Positions 17,301-26,871 are shown, numbered from the stretch's first letter. The stretch is DNA of 47,482 bases from Candidatus Nanoanaerosalina halalkaliphila (GCA_022729335.1 JALDAE010000003.1:1-47482), one strand, 5' to 3'. Numbers and translations are program-made. Notes: generated by a model not told the origin, from the letters alone.

Positions 17301-19614
17301 TTAATTCGGATTCTCCGTCTTCAAATACTATTGAAACATTGTTGTCCTCTTCGAATCCTTGTAGATCTCCTGTAGTTACCTCGAGCAGGTAATCTGTTTC
17401 GGAATCATAGACCTCTCCTGTTATATCCGTTGCGTTCTCCGCCTCTATCTCGAGAGGTTGATCCACGTCGATTGATACATCTTTAACGTCAAAGTTTTCC
17501 AGTACCTGTTCGACCGTTACAAAGAAGTACCTCTCTATATCTCCGTGTTCTGCTTTCAGCTCTGTTTCCTGGCCCTTCAGTTCTTCAGGAGCATCGATTT
17601 CAAGATCAACGTATTCTGCCCTGCCTTCTTCACTGAAGTCGACGTTTATAGCTCTGTCGTTTTCGTGTCCTTCAAGGTCGTCTGTCGAGAACTCTATGTA
17701 TGAAGTCTCAGAGAAGTTCTCGCCTGCCATGTCTTTTGCATCTGTCAGATTCACGTAAAGGTTTTCTCCCTGCATGATTGTTGAGTCCTCGACTTCGAAA
17801 TCCTCAAGGACCTGTTCAACAGTTAATTCGAATGTGTCGTTTGCATCGTGCACATCGTTCTCGGCCTCGACATCGATATCCCTGACCTGGCCGGAAAGAC
17901 CCGTGGTATCTTTTCTCACTGATTCATCCAACGCCTCTCCTGCTTCTCCGTTATCCTCGGAAAAGTCAACCTGGTTAAGTGTGGTGTCGGATTCAAAGCC
18001 CTCGAGTTCAGAAGTCATAACTTTCATGTCGACCTTTCCCTCAAAATTCTCTCCTTCAAGATCTGTTGCATTTGAAAAGTCTATTCTCAGTTCGTCTCCC
18101 TGTTCTATAGAGAGGTCTTCAACTGAAAAGTCATCGAGTATCTCCGAAGGATGTTTGGCCACAGACACTTCAAAGTTTTCTGTTATCTCATCGATGGTTG
18201 CTTCAAGCATGTAATCCCCATCAACCAGGTTTTCTGTCTCGTTCAGGACCTCTACCTCGGCTTCTCCGTTTTCAAGAACGACATCTTCTAACTTGGTAGG
18301 TTCATCGTATCCTTCAATATCCTGTGTTGTGATTTCGATGTCCACCGATCCGTTGTAAACCAGTCCTGCCTTGTCCATCGCATCTTTTATTTCGATTTCG
18401 AACGGTTCTCCTCTTGCAAACTCGGATTCTTCAACACTGAAACTATCCAGGACCTGTTCAACAGTCACGTAATCCACTTGGTGATCTGCACTTGTTGCAA
18501 CAATAACGTAAAAGTCTCCGGTCTCGGGATAATCTCCGGAGTCAAACTCGAAGCTTTCCCAACCGGTCTCATCTCCTTCAAAATCAACCTCTCGATACTC
18601 TTCCTTTATTACTTCATTCCCGTTGATATCCAGCACCCTGAAATTAACATAATCTGTCATACTTCCTCCTGCAGTGTTCTGCAGTTCAGCCTGGATATCT
18701 ACTTCTTCTCCCTGCTCGTACTCTGAAGGAGCATTGAAATCGATTATTTCTAGCCATCCTTTTTCGAAATCAGCGACATAGTTGAAATCTTCCGATGTAT
18801 CCACATAGTAACCTTTTCCAGGTCTCATCGAATCCGCAGGTACAAATTCATTGCCGTCAAGCTCAAGTATCTGTTCAACATGTTCCAGTCCTGCCGCAAC
18901 AGGGGTTTCCTCTATGGACATATAGTAGTGCCCAACAAGGTTCCATCTGTCCTTATCCATCGAGACACCTGAAGGATACATGGCCTCGTCGGCCTGAACA
19001 ACATCAGCCGAGAAAACACCATCATCAGATGCGAACATGACATAACCTTTTCCACCTTCTACTGACTGAAGATCCGATTGATGTCCTTCCGCTGTACTGT
19101 AACTTTTCCACTGGCCGTCCTCATAACTCCAGAGGGATTCAACGTTTTCAGCATCTTCCAGAAGTTCTCCCGGATCGTATGTTCCCTGTTTGCTGGGGAA
19201 AGAAACAAGGTTCATGCCTTCATCGTACTCGAAGACAGGAGCCAGGTTGGCAAGTTCTTCAGATTTGTCCCAGGAAGTTGATCCCGTGATCTTTAACCGG
19301 GTGGCATCACCTACTCCTGAATCATATGATAAGTTCACTGTCTCTTCATCGTCTTCATCTAAATCTATTTCGATCGAGTCTTGTTTTTCTCCAAATACAT
19401 GTAATTCAACGGTATCAGTACCCTCATCTCCAGAGTTATAAACTGTTAATTCAACTTCTAATATCTCTCCTTCAGCAACATCATCATCTAAAGGATTAAC
19501 ATCCTCTATGTCGAACTGGGCAGATATTCCTACTCCAGTCAGAAACATTATTATTGTGAAAGTTGTAAGAAGTTTCAATAATTTCGTACTTTTAGGATTA
19601 GTAATTTTTTGCAT
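14302..19614 (-). CDS. Giant (~1770 aa) Ig-like/invasin-repeat surface glycoprotein
   Basis: Likely start MQKITNP at 19614 followed by a signal peptide; many ~100-aa beta repeats with D-x-x-G/D-N motifs; a Big_1-like unit (SATADG..VTDVAGNPV); many N-x-S/T sequons; no C-terminal TM. Confidence 0.9.
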   Translation of the reverse strand: MQKITNPKSTKLLKLLTTFTIIMFLTGVGISAQFDIEDVNPLDDDVAEGEILEVELTVYNSGDEGTDTVELHVFGEKQDSIEIDLDEDDEETVNLSYDSGVGDATRLKITGSTSWDKSEELANLAPVFEYDEGMNLVSFPSKQGTYDPGELLEDAENVESLWSYEDGQWKSYSTAEGHQSDLQSVEGGKGYVMFASDDGVFSADVVQADEAMYPSGVSMDKDRWNLVGHYYMSIEETPVAAGLEHVEQILELDGNEFVPADSMRPGKGYYVDTSEDFNYVADFEKGWLEIIDFNAPSEYEQGEEVDIQAELQNTAGGSMTDYVNFRVLDINGNEVIKEEYREVDFEGDETGWESFEFDSGDYPETGDFYVIVATSADHQVDYVTVEQVLDSFSVEESEFARGEPFEIEIKDAMDKAGLVYNGSVDIEITTQDIEGYDEPTKLEDVVLENGEAEVEVLNETENLVDGDYMLEATIDEITENFEVSVAKHPSEILDDFSVEDLSIEQGDELRIDFSNATDLEGENFEGKVDMKVMTSELEGFESDTTLNQVDFSEDNGEAGEALDESVRKDTTGLSGQVRDIDVEAENDVHDANDTFELTVEQVLEDFEVEDSTIMQGENLYVNLTDAKDMAGENFSETSYIEFSTDDLEGHENDRAINVDFSEEGRAEYVDLEIDAPEELKGQETELKAEHGDIERYFFVTVEQVLENFDVKDVSIDVDQPLEIEAENATDITGEVYDSETDYLLEVTTGDLQGFEEDNNVSIVFEDGESELKELMNDTETDYLSAQVESLTGEIKSDRVLEGHVETDFEVNITAGTPEDISVEPEHDSATADGEETLEYTVEVTDVAGNPVSDVEVEIDDNGTDVSYDETIETGEDGEAVLQASSTVSQQNVEFDFEEQINDNYVNATGTFEPGTPNSIKVQKEPDGTQTAGEVITGEPDVLVTDEHDNPVPEVEVQVEAGWDGGPITDGNTTVETDEKGISIFDDLVIENAGRHLLYFFNDEYDIGDSSGQDKAHKASTSTFEVKPNEGFEVNIESQPVDTSVGEFLEGEDDHPVASVSDRYGNLVPNVTVNVTAEKEGLEHEFEAGTVSRKTEGEGIAEDEMDGKAEFDDLNITEMGDYKLNFSIFEEEENTERDHTVESQEFEITPGEPAEFEIEDIEDKTAGENFEIDISAYDRFGNLATGFDETAELEDHTGTIDPEETGEFTEGEWTGEVNMTEAVDANNITVYLEEDEDVNGTSNDFEVSHADPEVFEFTEVEDQTAGEEFEVSVFALDEFDNNATSYEGEADISSEKVDIEEPGELEFTEGTWEGHVNITDDEEEVVLVAEDTDEDPDVYGESNEFNVDTNLATVVDVYRNPEDTVAGEYIENQPAAEVNDSFDNRVDGVEVTVEAGEGDGDIETGETVVDTEEGIASFEDLVIEKADRYRLKFSIDEADDEVGREDTETTASFDVVPADADDFEVNFDSDEIDAGETPEIYVNNTEDEFGNNVNNTREGEVEVKDEDDTVVYNNDSAVFEFDEGDAVYTPDKSFETSGEYTAEVKVDDETRDGEFEVRPIDADSVGILTEPEDSTAGEEIQGPPEVNTTDEFGNLVDGVEVEVEAIDGSGELTDGSTTSVDTDGGTATFDDLVIEEADTYELEFSINEGHENVSDSVDETSETFEVNPAELNSYETEADDIEAGDHLEIEITDGEDEFVNSVNYEYDGSSVVIQNDTEHEVYRNDSAVFDFDQGETDYLTDENITDSGDHDVTVNISGIEETEGFDVGGDD

Positions 19615-19774
19615 TTTTGGGCCCCCCGGGACATACCTGAACCTAACAAGATCAAGTATCGTTATTGTACAATAATAAAACAACAAGTATTTAAAAACTA
19701 TCGGAGAGAGCCTGTAACTACAATTTAGTAACAAATACTGATTTAGTTTTTCAAGAACCGAAAAAGATGTTCAG

Positions 19775-19847
19775 CGCCGGGGGCAGGGCTCGAACCTGCG
19801 ACCACCGCGTTAACAGCGCGGCGCTCTACCTACTAAGCTACCCCGGC
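19775..19847 (-). tRNA. tRNA-Asn(GTT)
   Basis: Reverse complement GCCGGGG...CCGCG-CT-GTT-AA-CGCGG...GGTTCGAGCC...CCCCGGC-G forms a cloverleaf. Confidence 0.96.
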
Positions 19848-19907
19848 ACGTACCAAAAAAAGACACAGTTTACATTTATAAATCTGATTTTTTCTTTTGA
19901 AAAACCT

Positions 19908-20690
19908 TCAGAGTCCTTCCCTGCGACCGACAAGAAACTCCTTCAAACATTCGGGTGAGATGCTTTCCAGGAAAGCATAAAAACTGGATGAAAAAGGCAC
20001 CCTGTAAACCCTATCTGGATTAACGTCAGTGACGGCCTTTAAAACAGTATTGCCAGCTTTATCCGGGCTTATTCCTCCCATATCTTCTATCTGATCGAGT
20101 TTACGCCTGTAAACATCTTCGAAATCGCTATCCTCCAGATAATCATTGATACCTCTAACGCCCTCCTCATTGAACCCTGTTGAAACCTCGCCAGGCTCCA
20201 CAAGTACAACATCAACATCAAAACCTCTCAGCTCTACTCTTAAACTCTGCGTCAATCCTCTCAGAGCATACTTTGAGCTACAGTAACCCGACATAAAGGG
20301 AAGAGGTAAAAAACCTGCTACAGAGCCTACATTAACTATTCTGCCATCATTATCTTTCAAAAAATCCATGGAATGTCTTATGATGTTGGCGGCTCCAAAA
20401 ACATTGGTCTCAAAGTGTCTTTCAAAGGACTCTGAATCCATGTCCTCCAGGGCTCCCTGTTTCTGGAAACCGGCGTTGTTGACAACTACGTCAAACTCTC
20501 TTTCGGACAAAAACTTTTCCACATCATCTTCCCGCCTCACGTCCAAGACAAAAGTTTCGATACCTCTTGGAACCTCCTCCAAACCTTCCTCATCGATATC
20601 GACAACAGTAACACTGTGTCCTTCTTCCTCCAGTTTTTTCGCCGTTGACCGGCCTATGCCGTGTGCGCCCCCGGTTACGAGTACATCCAT
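19908..20690 (-). CDS. Short-chain dehydrogenase/reductase (SDR)
   Basis: TGGAHGIG, NNAG, catalytic S and YCSSK, VEPG. Confidence 0.93.
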   Translation of the reverse strand: MDVLVTGGAHGIGRSTAKKLEEEGHSVTVVDIDEEGLEEVPRGIETFVLDVRREDDVEKFLSEREFDVVVNNAGFQKQGALEDMDSESFERHFETNVFGAANIIRHSMDFLKDNDGRIVNVGSVAGFLPLPFMSGYCSSKYALRGLTQSLRVELRGFDVDVVLVEPGEVSTGFNEEGVRGINDYLEDSDFEDVYRRKLDQIEDMGGISPDKAGNTVLKAVTDVNPDRVYRVPFSSSFYAFLESISPECLKEFLVGRREGL

Positions 20691-20792
20691 GGAAAAAAAT
20701 TACAGACCTATATTTAAATACGGCCTTCCAAATCAGAAAACACTATATAATAGCCACCTATTAAAAAGGTTTGTCCGGAAAATAGTAACGTC

Positions 20793-22583
20793 ATGGATGA
20801 CGAGGACAAAACCCTCAGCGAGCAGGCCGATAGGATTGAAAGCCCCATAAAGAAGCTGCTTGTCTACTCGATGAAGTACAAGAAAAAAGCATTCATAGGT
20901 TTCTTAGCCGCTTTGATATCCGTTGTTTTTGATCTTATGCCTCCTTACATTGTTTCGTTGGCCATAGACCATGCTATAGCCCCTGGAGATACCCAACTGC
21001 TTTACACTCTTGGAGCTTCACTGGTGATTGTCTACGCTATCAGATCGGTTGCAGACTATGTACAGAACAACTACCTTTTCAAGTTCACCCAGGACACGGT
21101 ATACAGGCTCAGAGTCGAAACCTACCAGCACCTGCAGAAGTTATCTCTGGGTTTTTTCAACAGGAACACTACTGGAAAGATGATGTCAAAGCTCTCGAAC
21201 GACACGAACAGGCTCGAAAGATTTCTGTCGCACACACTCAGAGACATATTCAGAAACGTGATAATGTTTGTATTGATAGGGGCCATACTTTTCTGGATGA
21301 ACTGGAGGCTTGCATTGATAGCTTTCTGGCCAATACCTGTCATAGGGTTCATGACATACAAGTTTGCCCACAGGATCAGGCCAAAGTGGGATCAGGTACG
21401 AAAATCCGTAAGTGACGTTAATTCAAAGCTAGATGAAAACATATCAGGCATAACGGTCATAAAGGGATTCACAAGAGAGGGACACGAGCAGAAAAACGTT
21501 GAGGATGTGAGCGACAAGTACAGGACCACCAACAAGGAATCGATCGACATGTGGACCAAGTTCTTCCCTGTTCTATCCTTCATAATATCTCTTGGATCAG
21601 TGATGATAATCTTTTTCGGAGGTCAGCAGGTTATAGAAGGAACTATATCGCTTGGTATCCTGGTGGCGTTCAACGGATACATCTGGAAGTTCTACACACC
21701 TGCAAAAATGCTTGGATGGCTGAGCAACTCGTACCAGAGATCAGCGGCATCCGCGGCAAGAGTATTTGGCGTGCTGGAGGAACCGATCGATATAAAGGAC
21801 GAGGGAACAGTGGAGCTGGAAGAAGTCAAAGGAGAAATAAAATTCAACGACATAAGCTTCAAGTACGAACCCGAAGAAGAGTCAAAAGCCCTCAAAAACA
21901 TAAACATAACCATAAACTCGATGGAAAACGTGGCGCTTGTGGGAGAAAGCGGTTCAGGAAAGAGCACACTTACGAAGCTATTGATGAGATTCTACGACCC
22001 TGACCAGGGAAACATAACCATCGACGGACACGACATCAGAGACATAAAACTTGGAGATCTGAGAAAATCAATAAGCATAGTCTCACAGGACACCTTCCTT
22101 TTCAACGACACGGTGGAGAAAAACATAGGATACGGAAATCCCGAAGCAACAGAGGAAGAAATAAAAGAGGCAGCAAAGCTAGCTGCAGCCGACGGATTCA
22201 TACAAAAATTGGAGAACGGTTACGACACAATTGTAGGAGAAGACGGTGTCAAACTCAGTGGAGGTCAGAAACAGAGGATATCAATAGCCAGGGCGATACT
22301 CAAGGATGCACCCATCCTTGTTCTTGACGAGGCCACAAGCAACGTGGATGCCATCACCGAGCTAAAAATACAGGAAGCGATCGAAAACCTCATAGAAAAC
22401 AGAACTTCATTGATAATCGCCCATGATCTAAGTACAGCAAGAATAGCTGACAAGATAATAGCTCTAAAAGACGGCGAGATCAAAGAATCCGGAACGCACC
22501 AGGAACTTCTGGACAGACAGGGTTATTACCACAAGCTTTGGCAGATACAGACAAAGCAGACCGATAACCTGTTCCAGCATTAA
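20793..22583 (+). CDS. ABC exporter, fused permease/ATPase (MdlB/MsbA type)
   Basis: 6-TM domain plus GESGSGKS, Q-loop, LSGGQKQR, ILVLDEAT, IAH. Confidence 0.95.
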   Translation: MDDEDKTLSEQADRIESPIKKLLVYSMKYKKKAFIGFLAALISVVFDLMPPYIVSLAIDHAIAPGDTQLLYTLGASLVIVYAIRSVADYVQNNYLFKFTQDTVYRLRVETYQHLQKLSLGFFNRNTTGKMMSKLSNDTNRLERFLSHTLRDIFRNVIMFVLIGAILFWMNWRLALIAFWPIPVIGFMTYKFAHRIRPKWDQVRKSVSDVNSKLDENISGITVIKGFTREGHEQKNVEDVSDKYRTTNKESIDMWTKFFPVLSFIISLGSVMIIFFGGQQVIEGTISLGILVAFNGYIWKFYTPAKMLGWLSNSYQRSAASAARVFGVLEEPIDIKDEGTVELEEVKGEIKFNDISFKYEPEEESKALKNINITINSMENVALVGESGSGKSTLTKLLMRFYDPDQGNITIDGHDIRDIKLGDLRKSISIVSQDTFLFNDTVEKNIGYGNPEATEEEIKEAAKLAAADGFIQKLENGYDTIVGEDGVKLSGGQKQRISIARAILKDAPILVLDEATSNVDAITELKIQEAIENLIENRTSLIIAHDLSTARIADKIIALKDGEIKESGTHQELLDRQGYYHKLWQIQTKQTDNLFQH

Positions 22584-22646
22584 GAACTGTATACTGGGAA
22601 AACCCACCTTTTATTTACATACAGACCAACTTTTTTCTGTGATAAC

Positions 22647-23069
22647 ATGGAAGAAAAAGAAAAGATAGGTTACCACAAGGGAGCTCTTGAATCACTCATT
22701 AACGAAAGAAACGAGCTTGGCAGGCTTTTACAGATAGTTGACTCTTTGATAGAGAAGCATGCAAAGGCTCTGAAAGAGGAAGGTATAAACATAGAGAAAT
22801 ACATAGACGAAATTTCTGAACAGGCGAATCAAAAACAACAGGAAAACACACAGGCTGCCGGCAAGGAGAAAAAAGAGAGGAAAAGGAGAAAGGAATCTGG
22901 AAGAAAGAGAAAAAGGAATCCTGAGAAAGCCAGGAAAAAAAGAAAGAAGAAAAGAGAGAAGAGGAAGAAAAGGAGAAAGGAAAGAAGGAACAAAAGAGAT
23001 TCAAGAAGACAAGGTCAGGAGAACGAATCAGATGACGAAGTAGAGATAGAGGGCTGGCTGGAGGACTAG
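22647..23069 (+). CDS. Hypothetical protein: helical N-terminal domain plus very basic K/R tract
   Basis: IGYHKGALESL..ER.EL N-terminus; residues ~73-122 dominated by K/R; short acidic tail. Confidence 0.75.
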   Translation: MEEKEKIGYHKGALESLINERNELGRLLQIVDSLIEKHAKALKEEGINIEKYIDEISEQANQKQQENTQAAGKEKKERKRRKESGRKRKRNPEKARKKRKKKREKRKKRRKERRNKRDSRRQGQENESDDEVEIEGWLED

Positions 23070-23698
23070 GTCATATACTTCTCCTCCCACCTTCTGATAT
23101 CCTCCTCGGATATCTCGAACTCTTCCTTCTCCTCAACATCTTTTCCTCCCTCTGATTTTCTGTAGAAACCTCCAATTACACCTCCAAAGCCTAAACCAAA
23201 CAGATGAGCCTCGTAAGCCACACCAGCATCCCCTCCCATAGCAAGGAAATTGGTCAGTATCCACATAACACCGACAAGCCACATGGGAAGAGGAGCTCCC
23301 CAAAAAATACCTATCTTGTTAGGCTTCAAAACAGCCAGGAACGCAATTATACCCGAAACAGCACCAGAAACTCCCAGGACAAGGGACTCAGGGTAAAAGT
23401 AAAACGCCGAAAGGTTTGCAAAAAGACCTGCACAGAGAAAGAATATCAGGAAATCTTTTGAACCCATGTAGTGCTCAAGAACGGTTCCAAAAATCGCCAG
23501 GAAGAAAAGGTTGTTTATTATATGCATGTAATCCGTGGTTGAGTGAATGAAGAAAGAAGTGACCATGGTCCAGAAGTTATTGGGGAACTCTGCCGCTCTA
23601 AATGCAAGCAAAGAGGTTATTTCTGGTGCTATTAGCTGCACCATATATATGAAGACCATCAAGGCACTTAACTTGAGTGCGAAATACTTGTTTTTCAT
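23066..23698 (-). CDS. Rhomboid intramembrane serine protease
   Basis: FIH..HIINN, GVSG (catalytic Ser), AHLFG (catalytic His). Confidence 0.93.
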   Translation of the reverse strand: MKNKYFALKLSALMVFIYMVQLIAPEITSLLAFRAAEFPNNFWTMVTSFFIHSTTDYMHIINNLFFLAIFGTVLEHYMGSKDFLIFFLCAGLFANLSAFYFYPESLVLGVSGAVSGIIAFLAVLKPNKIGIFWGAPLPMWLVGVMWILTNFLAMGGDAGVAYEAHLFGLGFGGVIGGFYRKSEGGKDVEEKEEFEISEEDIRRWEEKYMT

Positions 23699-25293
23699 TC
23701 CAGAGACTCCAGTATTGAGGCCACCCTGTCTTCTCCAACTCCCATGATGAAGTTTGAAAGCCTGGGGCCTTTCTCCCTGTCAAGCAAACACCTGTAGGCC
23801 GCTGTGAAGAATTCGCCGGTCGAAACCTCGGACTCGTCTTTTACATCGAAAAGCTCCGTATCCAGTTCAGAACTGTCCTCGAACTCTTTTTCCCTTAGAA
23901 TTTCGGCTATCTTCAGCATCGCATCTCTTTCTTCTTCAGAAATTGAATTTTTAACTTCCTCAGGTATTTCATCGTGTAATTCGTAGACGTATTTCTCCGG
24001 AGCATACTTTCTTGCCCACTTGAAGGCTTTCTCCATCCTTTCAAGTATCAGATCTTTTTGTTCTTCCGAAAGGTTTTCCGATATATGTCCTGTTTTTTTC
24101 AGGGATTCAATACAGCTCTCATCCCACTCATCCCTTGATCTTGTCTGCGTAAGAAGGGAAAGGTGGTCGAAAGGCGGTCTCTCAGGTTGTTCATCAGGTA
24201 TATCGACCATTGCAAGTTCGTAAACTCTTTTCAGATGCTCCCTGTTTTTCTCGTCCTCCTCTTTCTCGGGGTTAAAGTAAACATCCTCTATCCTGTCGAA
24301 CTTCGAGTACCGCTGAATAACGTTCTCCTTGAAAGGTATCACAAACTCCTTGTTTGGTTTGGTCTCCGTGAACAGAAACCTGATCATTTCAGGTGTGTAA
24401 ATTTCCTTGAGATCGTCAACCGTGAATATGTTTTCTCCACTGCTGCTCGAAATCTTCTTTCCGGAAGAGGTTGTCACAAAATCGTACATCTGGTATACAG
24501 GCGGTTCCTCCCCGTAAATCTCCTTAACTATCTCCTTACCCGTGGTCCTTGATCCGCCCTCGACGGAGTGCTCCTTGCCTCCCGGTTCAAAAGAGACCTG
24601 TTCGTAAAACCACCTCATAGGCCAGTCAACTCTCCATGGAGGCTTGACAGAGTCATTCTTTTTGAAATTTATTTTTTCCTCGTTACCACAGTTGTTACAT
24701 CTATATTTTACACCGTACTGGCCGTTGTAATCAAGTATCTCGGTGAAATCTTTTTCGCATTCTCTACAGTAAACCCTAAGAGGCATCCAGTTTTCTTCCA
24801 GGGGTTCTTCCCTGTACCGGTCAAGTATCTCTTTTATTTCCTCGCGGTTATTCATGGCCTTCTTTATCAGATCGGCGTATTCGGAGTTTTCAAACATCTC
24901 CGACTGCCTGATGAACTCTATGTCGAGATGAAGGTCTTCGACAGATTCTTCAAACTTTTTTTCAAAATGTTCTGCATAGGAATCGTGGCATTCCCATGGA
25001 TCAGGAACTTTCGAAAGAGGCAGTCCGATGTACTCCTCGAATTCATCCGGCACATTATCAGGGACCTTTCTGAACCTGTCGTAGTCATCCCATGAATAGA
25101 TAAACCTGGAATCTTCACCTCTGCTTTCCAGAGACTTGACAACAAAATCAACTGTCAGAACTTCTCTCAGGTGTCCTCCGTGAACAAGACCTGATGGAGA
25201 AACTCCTGCAGCACATGTATGGGTTTCTCTTTCTTCAAATTTTTTCGATACTCCGAATGCTATCTGATCCGACCAGAAAATTGGCTGCTCCAT
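23695..25293 (-). CDS. lysS: Lysyl-tRNA synthetase, class I
   Basis: FWSD, PSGLVHGGH, DDYD..RKVP, Zn knuckles CREC/CNNC, W.VDWPMRW, EPGGKEH, KISSS, GPRL. Confidence 0.96.
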   Translation of the reverse strand: MEQPIFWSDQIAFGVSKKFEERETHTCAAGVSPSGLVHGGHLREVLTVDFVVKSLESRGEDSRFIYSWDDYDRFRKVPDNVPDEFEEYIGLPLSKVPDPWECHDSYAEHFEKKFEESVEDLHLDIEFIRQSEMFENSEYADLIKKAMNNREEIKEILDRYREEPLEENWMPLRVYCRECEKDFTEILDYNGQYGVKYRCNNCGNEEKINFKKNDSVKPPWRVDWPMRWFYEQVSFEPGGKEHSVEGGSRTTGKEIVKEIYGEEPPVYQMYDFVTTSSGKKISSSSGENIFTVDDLKEIYTPEMIRFLFTETKPNKEFVIPFKENVIQRYSKFDRIEDVYFNPEKEEDEKNREHLKRVYELAMVDIPDEQPERPPFDHLSLLTQTRSRDEWDESCIESLKKTGHISENLSEEQKDLILERMEKAFKWARKYAPEKYVYELHDEIPEEVKNSISEEERDAMLKIAEILREKEFEDSSELDTELFDVKDESEVSTGEFFTAAYRCLLDREKGPRLSNFIMGVGEDRVASILESLE

Positions 25294-25407
25294 GAAATTT
25301 CCATTGTAGTCAAACAGTTAAAAACTTTAAATAAGGAAAAATTGGTTTTAAATTCCTTAATCCTTATGAAACACCTTTTTATACCTTAGAAAAACAAGAA
25401 AAGATAG

Positions 25408-26871
25408 ATGTTTTTGGAAAGTCTGACCCCTCGGATCGCGAGTATCATAATATTTGTGGCGATAATCGCCATAATAATCTGGAGGGACCGGGAAAACATA
25501 GAGAGGCATTCTGTCCTGATTGTGAGGAGAACCAGGAAAGGTATCGAATTTATCAAGAAAGTTGCCAACAGGCATTCCAAGATCTGGAAAATATATTCTA
25601 CTATCGGAGTGTATCTTTCACTGGTTATAACTGTGGTAGGTTTTCTTTTCCTTGGTTACAATGTTTTGAGATCTCTTGTTGAAGCAGGTATTGACCCTGC
25701 CATAGGCCTTGTATTGCCTACTGTATCTCAGACACCTTCGATGGCGCCCGGAGTATTTTTCATACCTTTCTGGTACTGGATAATCGGAGTTGCTACCGTG
25801 ATGGTTATCCATGAAATGATGCACGGAGTTGTAGGAGCCAATGAAGGTTTCAAAATAAAATCAGTTGGCTGGCTGCTTCTTGTTATACTGCCGGGAGCCT
25901 TCGTGGAACCAGAGGGAGAGGAGATGCTTCCCGAGGACAAGGAAGACGATGGCGAACAAGAAGATGAAGAAGATGACGGAACAACAAATCCATGGGGAGA
26001 TGGACCTGTGATGTCGAAGCTGAGAGTGCTGGCAGCAGGTAGCTGGTCCAACCTTTGTTTCGCAGTTGTTGTCGGCCTTTTAATTTTCGCAGTCGCCCCT
26101 ACTACAACAGGACAGGCGGAGTTAAGAGGTTTTTATGAACACGAAGGTATAAGAATTGCTCAGGTAGGTAATGAGACTCCTGCAATGGAACAGGGTTTAC
26201 GGGAAGATATGATAATCAACAACATAGGAGGCAAAAGAGTTGAACACCTTATGGACTTTCAGGAAGCAACACAGGGACTGAAAGCTAACGAAACAATCAC
26301 GATAGCGGGCAGATACAACGAGTCAGAATTTGAGAAAAACATAACAATGGACGTTTCTCCAGCCGAGAATATGACATATGACCCTGCAGTCTTGGATAAA
26401 TTGTTTATTAAACTTGAGAGAAATTTCCCTGGAGTTTATGAAAGATACATGTCTTTCCAGGATCTTTTCCTCGATGATAACCCTCAGACAAAAATAGCCA
26501 GATGGGAGTGGCTACAGGAACAGGGAGTGATGGAGGATAGACCAGAAGAGGAAATTAGACGATTGGAAGAAGAACATGAACCCAGTGGATATATCGGAAT
26601 ATCTATTGCCGAGGAAAGAAATGTAAAAGAAAGATATGCAACTATCGAACCTGTGGCAGTGTACATATTACAGCTGTTGATGTTCCTAGTAATAATTCAC
26701 TCCGGCGTGGCTATCGCAAATCTTTTACCGATGATACCGCTTGACGGGGGATGGATGATCTCTGAAATAATCAATGAATACAAACCGGAGTGGGAGAACC
26801 TTCCAAAATACATTTCATACGTCACTCTAGCACTGTTCCTGCTTACACTGGGACTCCCCATTCTTCTGTAG
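25408..26871 (+). CDS. Site-2 protease (M50) with PDZ-like domain
   Basis: HEMMH, GAFVEP, AAGSWSN, PDZ-like segment, NLLP..PLDGG. Confidence 0.94.
   Translation: MFLESLTPRIASIIIFVAIIAIIIWRDRENIERHSVLIVRRTRKGIEFIKKVANRHSKIWKIYSTIGVYLSLVITVVGFLFLGYNVLRSLVEAGIDPAIGLVLPTVSQTPSMAPGVFFIPFWYWIIGVATVMVIHEMMHGVVGANEGFKIKSVGWLLLVILPGAFVEPEGEEMLPEDKEDDGEQEDEEDDGTTNPWGDGPVMSKLRVLAAGSWSNLCFAVVVGLLIFAVAPTTTGQAELRGFYEHEGIRIAQVGNETPAMEQGLREDMIINNIGGKRVEHLMDFQEATQGLKANETITIAGRYNESEFEKNITMDVSPAENMTYDPAVLDKLFIKLERNFPGVYERYMSFQDLFLDDNPQTKIARWEWLQEQGVMEDRPEEEIRRLEEEHEPSGYIGISIAEERNVKERYATIEPVAVYILQLLMFLVIIHSGVAIANLLPMIPLDGGWMISEIINEYKPEWENLPKYISYVTLALFLLTLGLPILL

Noticed and set aside
14560-19441. Numerous + strand ORFs (e.g. 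15871-16554, 17774-18214)
   Set aside because: Ser/Phe-rich antisense shadows of an acidic gene; the same applies to similar shadow ORFs across the window.
19615-19734. Extended N-termini from the ORF track (19734; likewise 43308 and 10493)
   Set aside because: They run through AT-rich promoter DNA or overlap a divergent gene; downstream ATGs give proper signal peptides or domain starts.
12377-19847. Genomic island integrated at the tRNA-Asn 3' end carrying the giant surface protein
   Set aside because: No duplicated tRNA 3' end (att) seen, no integrase, and the proteins are host-like in acidity.
22860-23010. Tandem repeat or CRISPR-like array in the purine-rich run
   Set aside because: No fixed repeat unit or spacer periodicity; it is low-complexity K/R coding sequence.
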